Source of the DNA: Clostridia bacterium
GTDB taxonomy: Bacteria; Bacillota; Clostridia; Christensenellales; UBA1242
Length of the DNA stretch: 64,000 bases
NCBI GenBank assembly: GCA_045637805.1
Contig: JAZUAE010000021.1
Coordinates: 1,638-65,637 of the forward strand
Reading direction: 5' to 3'
The notes beneath the pieces were generated by a model. The model was not told the DNA's origin and made no database searches. It worked only from the letters and a program-made list of their open reading frames with translations. The stretch's first letter is position 1. Every line of letters begins with the position of its first letter. Positions 19,372 through 27,877 of this stretch are shown one piece after another. The translations under genes and the position numbers were made by a program.

Positions 19372-21213
19372 TTATTCTTGATTTTTTCTTTTAAAGTCTG
19401 CTCTACCACGGAGAGTGTGGTCGAGAATGATTTTTCTAATTCGGAGAGATGATGGTGTGACTTCCAACAGTTCGTCCTCTGCTAAAAATTCCATACTTTC
19501 CTCTAAAGTGAAAGGTTTAACAGGCTCCAAGCGAAGCGCTTCATCTGATGATGATGAACGAGTGTTTGACAAATGTTTTGTTTTACAAACATTAACCACA
19601 ATATCTTCAGCTTTTGGATTAATACCAACAACCATGCCACCATAAACCTTTGTTCCAGTTGTGATTAAAAGTTTTCCACGTTCTTGAGCGTTGAATAGAC
19701 CATATTGAACAGCCTCACCATTTTCATAAGCAACAAGTGCACCAACGTTGCGGCTCGCAATGTTGCCTTTATATGGTTGGTATTCAAAGAAGATTGAACT
19801 CATTACGCCTTCACCACGAGTTTCGGTTAAAAATTGATTTTTGTAACCAAATAATCCGCGGGCAGGGATTAAGAACTCTAGTCTAATCCTTGAACCGATG
19901 TTGGTCATTGTTAAAAGTTCACCCTTTCTTGATCCGATCGAACTCATTATGTTGCCCACGCAGTCTTCAGGAACATCGATTGTAAGTCTATCAATAGGTT
20001 CAGATTTTACGCCGTTAATATCTTTATAAATAACTTTTGGCATAGATACTTGGAATTCATAGCCATCTCTACGCATATTTTCTACAAGGATAGAAATATG
20101 CATTTCTCCGCGGCCAAGAACTCTATATGTATCTGCACTATCTGTTTCAAAAACTCTAAGACTTAAGTCTTTAACAGCCTCTTTCATAAGTCTATCACGA
20201 AGGTGTCTACTTGTGCAGTACTTGCCTTCAAGTCCTGCAAATGGACTGTTGTTTACAATAAATTGCATTTCAACGCTTGGCTCAGAGATTTGAACAAAAG
20301 GTAGTGGCTCGTTATTGTCTTTATTTGAAATGGTGTCGCCGATGGTTATATCTTCAGAGCCGGCTAAACAAACAATGTCTCCAGCCTCTGCCTTTTCTGC
20401 AGGAACGCGTTTAAGACCTTGGTAGGTGAATATGTTTGCAATTCTAAATAATCCTTTTTTGTTTGAATCGTGATAATTAGACACTGCAACTTGTTCATTA
20501 ATCTTTAAAGTGCCTTGTTCAACTTTACCAACGGCAAGTTTTCCAAGGTAATCATTTTGTTCGCAAGATGACACTAGCATTTTAAATGGTGCGTTTGTAT
20601 CGCTTTTTGGAGCAGGTATATGGTTTATAATAGTCTGCATAAGAGGTTTCATATCTGTTCCCATAGTATTTTGATCAAGTGAACTTATACCCATTCTAGC
20701 AGAGCAGAAAACAAATGGACTGTCAAGTTGTTCGTCGCTTGCACCCAGATCGAGTAAAAGTTCTAATACTTCATCGATTACTTCACTAATTCTTGCATCT
20801 TTTCTATCTATTTTGTTGATTACAACAATAACTTTGTGGTTTAATTCTAGCGCTTTTTGAAGAACAAAACGTGTTTGAGGCATAGTTCCTTCATAAGCAT
20901 CTACTACAAGTAAAACACCGTCTACCATTTTAAGTACACGTTCTACTTCGCCACCAAAGTCAGCGTGACCAGGGGTGTCTACAACATTAATTTTAACGTC
21001 ACCAAACATGAATGCAGCGTTCTTACTGAGTATAGTTATACCGCGTTCACGTTCTAAGGCGTTTGAATCCATAACTCTATCATCAACTTGTTCGTTGCTT
21101 CTAAATACGCCACCTTGTTTTAAAAGTTCATTAACCAAACTTGTTTTGCCATGGTCAACGTGTGCAATTATTGCAACATTTCTTATCTTTCTTTCTTCCA
21201 TTGCTTTCTCCAT
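19372..21213 (-). CDS. typA: Translational GTPase TypA/BipA
   Basis: RNVAIIAHVDHGKT, ERERGITILSKN, DTPGHADFGGEVER, GRGEMH, C-terminal ELLEVTP..LRIRK. Confidence 0.96.
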   Translation of the reverse strand: MEKAMEERKIRNVAIIAHVDHGKTSLVNELLKQGGVFRSNEQVDDRVMDSNALERERGITILSKNAAFMFGDVKINVVDTPGHADFGGEVERVLKMVDGVLLVVDAYEGTMPQTRFVLQKALELNHKVIVVINKIDRKDARISEVIDEVLELLLDLGASDEQLDSPFVFCSARMGISSLDQNTMGTDMKPLMQTIINHIPAPKSDTNAPFKMLVSSCEQNDYLGKLAVGKVEQGTLKINEQVAVSNYHDSNKKGLFRIANIFTYQGLKRVPAEKAEAGDIVCLAGSEDITIGDTISNKDNNEPLPFVQISEPSVEMQFIVNNSPFAGLEGKYCTSRHLRDRLMKEAVKDLSLRVFETDSADTYRVLGRGEMHISILVENMRRDGYEFQVSMPKVIYKDINGVKSEPIDRLTIDVPEDCVGNIMSSIGSRKGELLTMTNIGSRIRLEFLIPARGLFGYKNQFLTETRGEGVMSSIFFEYQPYKGNIASRNVGALVAYENGEAVQYGLFNAQERGKLLITTGTKVYGGMVVGINPKAEDIVVNVCKTKHLSNTRSSSSDEALRLEPVKPFTLEESMEFLAEDELLEVTPSSLRIRKIILDHTLRGRADFKRKNQE

Positions 21214-21367
21214 TAATTTACTCGGGAATTATATCAAATCAAAATAAAAAAGTAAATACTTTTGTTGTTACAAACAAAAAAAATTTCACTTTTTAAAATA
21301 GTTGACAAATTTTTAATATTTTAATAATCTATTGTTAGACATAAAAACACGTACAAGGAGAAATAAA

Positions 21368-21904
21368 ATGAAAGAATTAAAAGGTACACAAACTGAAAAA
21401 AATCTATGGTATGCTTTTGCTGGTGAGTCTCAAGCTCGCAATAAGTATTCATATTTTGCTAGCACAGCGAAAAAAGAAGGTTATGAACAAATCGCAGCTA
21501 TATTTAACGAAACAGCTGATAATGAAAAGGAACATGCCAAAATGTGGTTCAAACATTTAAAGGGTATCGGAAACACTGCTGAAAATTTAGCCGCAGCAGC
21601 CGCTGGCGAAAATGAAGAATGGACAAAAATGTATAAAGAGTTTGCTGAGACGGCAGAAAAAGAAGGTTTTCCTGAGATAGCTCAACAATTTAGAGGTGTT
21701 CTTGGTGTTGAAAAAGCACATGAAGAGAGATATAAAAAATTGCTTGCAAACATCGAAAATGGTGAAGTGTTTGAAAAGGACTCTGAAATCGCTTGGAAAT
21801 GTAGAAATTGTGGACATATCCACTTCGGCAAAAAAGCACCTGAAATTTGTCCAGTTTGCGCCCATGCAAAAGCTCATTTTGAAGTACATAGTGCTAATTA
21901 TTAA
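21368..21904 (+). CDS. rbr: Rubrerythrin
   Basis: [22 protein letters not shown], ExxH di-iron motifs, C-terminal rubredoxin CRNC...CPVC; ATG 21368 behind AGGAG. Confidence 0.93.
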   Translation: MKELKGTQTEKNLWYAFAGESQARNKYSYFASTAKKEGYEQIAAIFNETADNEKEHAKMWFKHLKGIGNTAENLAAAAAGENEEWTKMYKEFAETAEKEGFPEIAQQFRGVLGVEKAHEERYKKLLANIENGEVFEKDSEIAWKCRNCGHIHFGKKAPEICPVCAHAKAHFEVHSANY

Positions 21905-21908
21905 AAAC

Positions 21909-21931
21909 AACCAGCCAGCGGCTGGTTTTTT
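21909..21931 (+). terminator. Intrinsic terminator after rbr
   Basis: AACCAGCC/GGCTGGTT stem plus T tract. Confidence 0.7.
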
Positions 21932-22008
21932 CATGAGCAAAAAAACAATATACTTGACAATAAGTTTTGTTTATTCTATTATTTATACATAAATAAGTAG
22001 GAGGGGAA

Positions 22009-22815
22009 ATGGCTTTAAATATTACACTTATAACTGGAGCAACTGGTGGCCTTGGTGGAGCGTTTGCACGTGAGTGTGCTGCGCGTGGTGATAATTTATT
22101 CTTAACTGGCACTAAAAGTGATAGACTTGACGCCATAACCGCTGAGATTAGGGCGGCTTTCCCAAATATTGTTGTGGAATCTGGGCTTTGTGATTTATCT
22201 GATGAATATGGCAGAAAAAAGCTCTTAGAAGACATTAAAAATAGAGGATATAATGTAAATTATTTAATAAACAATGCAGGTCTTATTACTGAAGGGGCTA
22301 CCCTTGAGGAAAGTGATGAGCAAATTATTAAATGCATACGCGTTAACTGTGAGGGCACTATTGATATGACGCAAAAAGTTATTAAAATGCGTGATAGTGG
22401 CGAGCCGCTCACTGTTCTTACAGTGTCGAGTCTAGCGTATGCTTATCCTATGCCATATATGAACATATATGCAGCAACAAAGCGTATGCTTGTATCATTT
22501 ATGACGGCGCTTAGCGTCGAATTAAAAAGTACTAATATAAACATAAGCGTGGTTTGTCCAAGTGGGATATATACAACCCCTGCGATGAAAGAGGCGATTG
22601 CGTCACAAGGGCTAGCTGGAAAGTTATCGTCACACGATCCTGAATTTATTGCGATGTACGCTTTGAAAAAGGCTGGGAAGAAAAAACTTATTACTATCCC
22701 GGGTGCATTTAATAGATTTGTGAAAGCTGTTAGTAGCCCATTTTCTGAAAAATTCCTTGCAAAAGTTGTAGGAGCACGTTGGAAAAAATCACAAAAGAAA
22801 CGAAATATAAGATAG
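22009..22815 (+). CDS. Short-chain dehydrogenase/reductase
   Basis: TGATGGLG, LINNAG, catalytic S and YAATK. Confidence 0.88.
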   Translation: MALNITLITGATGGLGGAFARECAARGDNLFLTGTKSDRLDAITAEIRAAFPNIVVESGLCDLSDEYGRKKLLEDIKNRGYNVNYLINNAGLITEGATLEESDEQIIKCIRVNCEGTIDMTQKVIKMRDSGEPLTVLTVSSLAYAYPMPYMNIYAATKRMLVSFMTALSVELKSTNINISVVCPSGIYTTPAMKEAIASQGLAGKLSSHDPEFIAMYALKKAGKKKLITIPGAFNRFVKAVSSPFSEKFLAKVVGARWKKSQKKRNIR

Positions 22816-22824
22816 AGGTAAATT

Positions 22825-24432
22825 ATGAAAAAAAGAAATATTGCAATTTGTGTGTCATGGCCTTATGCCAACAATGAACTTCATATAGGTTATATTGCTA
22901 GTTCTCTTTCAGGAGATATTTTAGCAAGATATCATAGAATGATGGGTGATGATGTTGTAATGGTTTCAGGTACTGATTCACATGGTACTAAATTTGAAGT
23001 TAAAGCTAAACAAGAAGGCTGCAGCCCAAAAGATATTGTAGATAGATATCATGATAAGTTTAAAGAAACCTTAGCAGCATATAATTTCTCTTTTGATAAA
23101 TATTCAATCACTTATAGCGATTTCCATAAAGAAAAATGTAGAGAAATGTTTAAACAAATATACAAGAATGGTTATCTTTATGAAAAAGAAGTGAATCGTC
23201 CTTATTGTCCTTCTTGTGGTAAATTTGTAGTGGATACTGAGGTGGAAATTACTTGTCCTATTTGTGGAAAACAAACAAAGGGTGATAACTGTGACTGTGG
23301 ATATGTACCTGTTGAAAAAGATTTTGAGGGTGGAAAGTGCTTAATTTGTGGTGGTAGAACTGAACAAAAAATGAATAAAGTACTTGTCTTTAAACTTACA
23401 GCTTTTCGCGATATGCTTTTAAAAATGCTTACTAAAAACGAAAACATATGGCGACTTAACAGTATTAATGAAACTAGAAAATATTTAAAAGACATAGTGG
23501 ATAGAGATTTTTCTCGTGAACTTTCTTGGGGTGTAAAAGTTCCTATTGAAGGATATGAGGATAAGGCTGTATGGTGTTGGTTTGAGGCTCTTCTTGGCTA
23601 TGTAACTGACACTATGGAACTTGGAGCAGAAAAAGGTTTTGACTGGAGGAAGTTTTGGAAGACTGATGTTGAGCCTGATGTCGAAAAAATTATTTACGCT
23701 TGTCATGCAAAAGACAATATTATGTTCCATTCAGTTATTTTCCCGGCAGAACTTGAGGCTTTAAAATCTAATTTTATAACTGATATTAGAATGGTAAGCT
23801 CTGAATACTTAAATTACAAAGGCCAAAAGGTGAGCAAGAGCAACAAACCTCTTGATCTTAGCTTTGATGCGAAAGACTGGTCTGATAAATATGATACTGA
23901 TAGCCTTAGATATTTCTTTGCAGCTTATGGCCCAGAAAGAAAAGATATAGACTTTGATTTTGACATTTTCCAAACAGTACATAATAGTGAAATTGTTAAT
24001 AAATTTGGCAACCTTATAAATAGAACGCTTAAGTTTAAAGGTCTAGAAGTGTTGCCTAATGGAGTGTTAGATGATGCTGTTGTGAAAATGGTATCTGAAA
24101 CATATAGTGAGGTTGGCAAACATATTGAGGCGCTTGAGTTTAAAAAAGCTGCAGAACGAGCAATGGATCTTGTAGTGTTTACAAACAAATATTATGATGA
24201 CCAAAAACCATGGGTGCAGGCAAAAGAAGACATAGCTGCGTTTAATAATACCATTTATAATTGCGCTTATGTTATTGCAAACTTGTCTAATATTTTTGAA
24301 GTATTTATGCCAAATGTGTGTGCAAAAATTCGCGACTTTCTTGAGTTGGATAACAAATACAAGTGGGCTCCAGTAAATGTAAAAGGTGGAATAAAACTCG
24401 ATAAGGTACAACCACTTTTTGCAAGAATTTAG
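22825..24432 (+). CDS. metG: Methionine--tRNA ligase (short, MetRS2-like)
   Basis: WPYAN.ELHIGY (HIGH variant), SGTDSHGT, Cys knuckles, KDNI.FH, KVSKS, LRYFF. Confidence 0.9.
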   Translation: MKKRNIAICVSWPYANNELHIGYIASSLSGDILARYHRMMGDDVVMVSGTDSHGTKFEVKAKQEGCSPKDIVDRYHDKFKETLAAYNFSFDKYSITYSDFHKEKCREMFKQIYKNGYLYEKEVNRPYCPSCGKFVVDTEVEITCPICGKQTKGDNCDCGYVPVEKDFEGGKCLICGGRTEQKMNKVLVFKLTAFRDMLLKMLTKNENIWRLNSINETRKYLKDIVDRDFSRELSWGVKVPIEGYEDKAVWCWFEALLGYVTDTMELGAEKGFDWRKFWKTDVEPDVEKIIYACHAKDNIMFHSVIFPAELEALKSNFITDIRMVSSEYLNYKGQKVSKSNKPLDLSFDAKDWSDKYDTDSLRYFFAAYGPERKDIDFDFDIFQTVHNSEIVNKFGNLINRTLKFKGLEVLPNGVLDDAVVKMVSETYSEVGKHIEALEFKKAAERAMDLVVFTNKYYDDQKPWVQAKEDIAAFNNTIYNCAYVIANLSNIFEVFMPNVCAKIRDFLELDNKYKWAPVNVKGGIKLDKVQPLFARI

Positions 24433-24465
24433 CGTTTTTAACTGTGATTATAATTAAAAACTAGC

Positions 24466-24493
24466 AAAAAACCGCAAAAACTGCGGTTTTTTT
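24466..24493 (+). terminator. Intrinsic terminator after metG
   Basis: AAAAAACCGCA/TGCGGTTTTTT hairpin. Confidence 0.7.
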
Positions 24494-24576
24494 GTGTTTT
24501 TTTTAAAAATAGGTATTGACAAATTCAAGTTATGAACTTATAATCAAGGTACAAAAATTCTAGAGAGGTGTACATT

Positions 24577-24981
24577 ATGAAAGTAAGTGAAGCATTTGTA
24601 CATGACGTTATTGATATCAAACTTTGTGCCGATAGATTAATTGAAGGGCTTGGCAATGGACGCAGAATGTTTACCGTTGAAGACCAAATGTTGTATGTTA
24701 TTGTAAACAATGGACCTATCGCTCCACGTGATATTGTTAAAAAGCTTAACATTGTTAAGACTAACCTCGCAAGCCTTGCAAATACTATGATTCGTGACGG
24801 CATGATTGAAAAAAGACATTTACCCGAAAATAAAAAGGAAATTGAGTATACTGCAACTGAAAAGGGTAGAAAGATTCTTCAAGAGGGTATCGCGGGTATT
24901 GCTGCAAGATTTGCCGATGTTGATAAAGAAGTTGCTCAAAAGATTTCTAACGTTAGCAAAGTTTTAAAAAAATTAGGATAA
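24577..24981 (+). CDS. MarR family winged-helix regulator
   Basis: wHTH pattern with wing NKKEIEYTATEKGRK; promoter TTGACA-17-TATAAT at 24516-24544. Confidence 0.75.
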   Translation: MKVSEAFVHDVIDIKLCADRLIEGLGNGRRMFTVEDQMLYVIVNNGPIAPRDIVKKLNIVKTNLASLANTMIRDGMIEKRHLPENKKEIEYTATEKGRKILQEGIAGIAARFADVDKEVAQKISNVSKVLKKLG

Positions 24982-24995
24982 TTATTAAAAAATTA

Positions 24996-25024
24996 TTGAC
25001 AAACGACTCGCTAGTTGTTATTAT
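24996..25024 (+). promoter_or_regulatory. Sigma-A promoter for the tRNA pair
   Basis: TTGACA-17 bp-(TG)TATTAT. Confidence 0.75.
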
Positions 25025-25059
25025 ATAAAAGCATTTTGCGAAAAGTGCTTTTATTTTTT

Positions 25060-25136
25060 GGGGGTATAGCTCAGCTGGCTAGAGCACCTGCCTTGCAAGC
25101 AGGGGGTCACCGGTTCGAATCCGGTTATCTCCACCA
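25060..25136 (+). tRNA. tRNA-Ala (anticodon TGC)
   Basis: Cloverleaf GGGGGTA/TATCTCC with G3:U70, anticodon arm CCTGC-CTTGCAA-GCAGG, TTCGAAT loop, encoded CCA. Confidence 0.97.
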
Positions 25137-25223
25137 CTATTTTTAAGGGATACCGTTCCCCGAGAGAAGAACTCGTAAAAACATGAATATAGAACTGCAC
25201 ACAGGCAGTTCACCCTATTTTAT

Positions 25224-25300
25224 AGGACTGTAGCTCAGTTGGTTAGAGCACCACCCTGATAAGGTGGGGGTCGGTGGTCCGAGTCCACTCAGTCCTACCA
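25224..25300 (+). tRNA. tRNA-Ile (anticodon GAT)
   Basis: AGGACTG/CAGTCCT acceptor stem, CCACC-CTGATAA-GGTGG anticodon arm, T-loop TCCGAGT, encoded CCA. Confidence 0.95.
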
Positions 25301-25335
25301 TAATAAAAATAACGAACCCGTGCGGTTCGTTTTTT
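25291..25335 (+). repeat. R0: tRNA-Ile 3' end plus hairpin type A (tRNA terminator)
   Basis: AGTCCTACCATAATAAAAATAACGAACCCGTGCGGTTCGTTTTTT. Confidence 0.9.
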
Positions 25336-25414
25336 AATGATGATATTTATGGCAAGTATTAGTAAAATAAAAAAGTTACCAATATTATACATAAAAAAAG
25401 AGGTCGTTTGACCT

Positions 25415-26098
25415 CTATATTTTTTCTAAATTTAATACTGGTTTTGCTGAAATATCTCCGTATGAGTTTTCCTTTTTATAACTCCCCGAATCTTTGTCAT
25501 AGGAATATACTGCTGGAAATCTATAAAATCCAGAAACTTGTTCATCGAATTCAAAGAAAAGGGTATTAATGTCAAGTGAAGGTGTAATTAACATTTCGCC
25601 CATTTGAAGTGCGGTTTTGTATTGTTTTGCATATGCATATGCAGATATTAAATCTTGAGAACTCCAAGTGTTTGAGTGTTCAATTTTTTGACGTATTGGA
25701 TGTGTATGTCCTAAAAATATAATAGGTTTTCCGAAACTTTTAAATTTTAAAGCAATAGTCGCAAATTCGTCAAGTTTATTAAGTGTTTCATTTTTATCTC
25801 TAAAATCAATTCCCTCAGTTGGAGAATTTGTTTGTGTAAATGGAGAGCATGTTTCAATACATATTTGACCATCTTCTCTTTCATAGCCTATTAAAATAAA
25901 ACCAATTTCTACCTGTCTCGCAGTGTTATTATTGTCAACTACAGCTTGTTTTAACGAGTTAAAATTATTTATTGCTCTTTTGCCAATCACAACATTATAT
26001 TTTGAATTTAAACAAGGCAAATTTTTTGCATTTGAAATATATGAGTCGGTCGAGAGGTTTTGTTTTTGCATTATTTCAATTATATTCATAAATTTCAT
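25415..26098 (-). CDS. JAB/MPN-like (JAMM motif) protein, cassette 1
   Basis: E(IGFILIG)...GHTHP...WSSQD resembles E-HxH-SxxD; own TTGCAA-17-TATAAT promoter. Confidence 0.55.
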   Translation of the reverse strand: MKFMNIIEIMQKQNLSTDSYISNAKNLPCLNSKYNVVIGKRAINNFNSLKQAVVDNNNTARQVEIGFILIGYEREDGQICIETCSPFTQTNSPTEGIDFRDKNETLNKLDEFATIALKFKSFGKPIIFLGHTHPIRQKIEHSNTWSSQDLISAYAYAKQYKTALQMGEMLITPSLDINTLFFEFDEQVSGFYRFPAVYSYDKDSGSYKKENSYGDISAKPVLNLEKI

Positions 26099-26153
26099 CT
26101 CCGAATTAAATTATATATTATAAAATCATAATTTGCAACAGATAAAATTAATA

Positions 26154-26223
26154 ATTTCGCATTAGAGATAATACGTTCTACCATAATAATTGTAAAACGA
26201 ATCACGAAAGTGGTTCGTTTTTT
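26154..26223 (+). repeat. R1: arm X + core + hairpin type B
   Basis: CGCATTAGAGATAATACGTTCTACCATAATAATTGTAAAACGAATCACGAAAGTGGTTCGTTTTTT; 32 bp identical to R6. Confidence 0.9.
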
Positions 26224-26225
26224 AA

Positions 26226-26347
26226 TTATTATCATAGTCCTGTGTGTTAGTACCACCAACCCCCAACCGTGCAAGGGGCATAATTTGTTTACAAATTTGC
26301 CCCTGCACCGAAGGTTGCCAAACTTGTTTTTGCATACGGTAGGGTGA
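26226..26347. repeat. Degenerate inverted tRNA-Ile 3'-half copy plus GC-rich hairpin element (copy 1)
   Basis: TTATTATCATAGTCCTGTGTG..ACCACCAACCCCCA resembles the reverse complement of tRNA-Ile; GTGCAAGGGGCA...TGCCCCTGCAC stem. Confidence 0.7.
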
Positions 26348-26396
26348 TAAAACGAAACACCGTTTTAGACTTTTTTTATGAAAAGTTATAAAAACA

Positions 26397-26462
26397 AGAT
26401 AAAACTTGTTGACTTTTCAACAAGTTTTATCTATACTATATCTTGTTGAAAAATCAACAAGA
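26397..26462 (+). promoter_or_regulatory. Promoter with two palindromic operators (CTTGTTGA-N4-TCAACAAG), probably MarR autoregulation
   Basis: 16-bp-arm inverted repeat 26397-26432 over -35 TTGACT; second copy 26441-26462 downstream of -10 TATACT (17-bp spacing). Confidence 0.75.
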
Positions 26463-26470
26463 GGTGGCTT

Positions 26471-26938
26471 ATGGATGAAAGATTTAGAACTTTTACGGTT
26501 CTTATAACAAAATTATATCGATCAATTAGAAAAATAAAAAGTGCAGAAACTGAAGAATATGGTTTGACAAATTCACATGTATCATGTCTGTATTATATTT
26601 ACAAAGAAGAAGCTTTAACTCTTACAGAATTAGTAGATATTTGTTTGGAAGATAAGGCGGTGTTATCAAAAGCTATTATGTTTTTAGAGTCAAATAATTT
26701 AGTTGTTTGTGATTCAAATCAAAAAAAGAGATATAATAATTATTTTAGACTTACGGAAAAAGGCTTAGATATAGCTAAAGGGATTGCTTTTAAGATAGAT
26801 AAAATTTTAGACTATGCGAGTTCTGAAATTGATAATTCGGATAGGGAAGTTTTGTATAAATCTTTGTCATCAATTAGTGATAAATTAGATAAATTTTGTG
26901 AAAATATGGAGGAAAATAAAAAATGGCTGTACAAATAG
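26471..26938 (+). CDS. MarR family regulator, cassette 2
   Basis: YGLT..H..CLYYI, LTLTELVDIC.EDKAVLSKAI..LE, RLTEKG. Confidence 0.85.
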   Translation: MDERFRTFTVLITKLYRSIRKIKSAETEEYGLTNSHVSCLYYIYKEEALTLTELVDICLEDKAVLSKAIMFLESNNLVVCDSNQKKRYNNYFRLTEKGLDIAKGIAFKIDKILDYASSEIDNSDREVLYKSLSSISDKLDKFCENMEENKKWLYK

Positions 26939-27771
26939 TTGTAGATTCGTCAAGTGATATTAATAGTGAGGAGGCTAAAAAATTAGGTGTTACTATGTTG
27001 CCAATATCTATTACTTTTGGCGAAGAGGAGTTTATGGATGGAGTTGATATAAACCATGAACAATTTTATGATAAGTTGTCTCAGTGTGATGAGTTGCCTA
27101 AAACGAGTATGATTAATGCATATAGATTTGAGGAAACTTTTGATAAAATTGTAAGCAATGAAGATGACATTGTTGCTATAATTTTATCATCAGAGTTGTC
27201 GGGAACATGTAATGCAGCAAAAAATGCAGCTGAAAAATATAAAGACAGAGTTTTTGTTGTTGATTCATTAAATGCTAGTGCAGGAATAAAAATTTTAGTT
27301 GAATATGCACTTCAGTTAAAACAAGAAGGAAAAAGTGCAAAAGAAATTTATGATATTTTAGAAGAAAAGAAGAAAAATATTCAAGTTCTTGCAATGGTAG
27401 ACACTTTGAAATATTTAAAAAAAGGTGGGCGCGTGTCTCCAATGTTGGCTTTTGCTGGAGAACTTATGGGAATAAAACCTATGGCTGCAGTTGTTGATGG
27501 AAAAGTAGAAGTTATAGGTAAAGTTATTGGATTAAAAAAGGCAATAAAGTATATTAATAATGAGATAGAAAAAGTGGGTGGTATTGACTTTAATATGCCA
27601 TTTTATACTCTTTATTCTGGTAATGATCAGACAAAAATTAATAATTATATTATTAATAATGAATGTTTATGGGAATGTGGTGTGGAGAATGTTAGAAAAA
27701 ATTGCATTGGTGCAACAATAGGAACACATGTTGGTCATGGTGCAATTGGTATTGCATTCTTTTCAAAATAG
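26923..27771 (+). CDS. DegV family fatty-acid-binding protein, cassette 2
   Basis: VDSSSD, LPKTS, LSSELSGT, VDS, LKYLKKGGR, IGTHVG.GAIG. Confidence 0.92.
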   Translation: MAVQIVVDSSSDINSEEAKKLGVTMLPISITFGEEEFMDGVDINHEQFYDKLSQCDELPKTSMINAYRFEETFDKIVSNEDDIVAIILSSELSGTCNAAKNAAEKYKDRVFVVDSLNASAGIKILVEYALQLKQEGKSAKEIYDILEEKKKNIQVLAMVDTLKYLKKGGRVSPMLAFAGELMGIKPMAAVVDGKVEVIGKVIGLKKAIKYINNEIEKVGGIDFNMPFYTLYSGNDQTKINNYIINNECLWECGVENVRKNCIGATIGTHVGHGAIGIAFFSK

Positions 27772-27811
27772 ATTAATATATTTTACAACAGTAATATAAT
27801 AGTTATTGTTA

Positions 27812-27877
27812 ATTCCGCATTAGAATGATTGCGTTCTACCATAATAAAAATAACGAACCCGTGCGGTTCGTTTTTTT
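27812..27877 (+). repeat. R2: arm Y + core + hairpin type A
   Basis: 27836-27876 is a 41-bp exact copy of 25295-25335. Confidence 0.92.
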
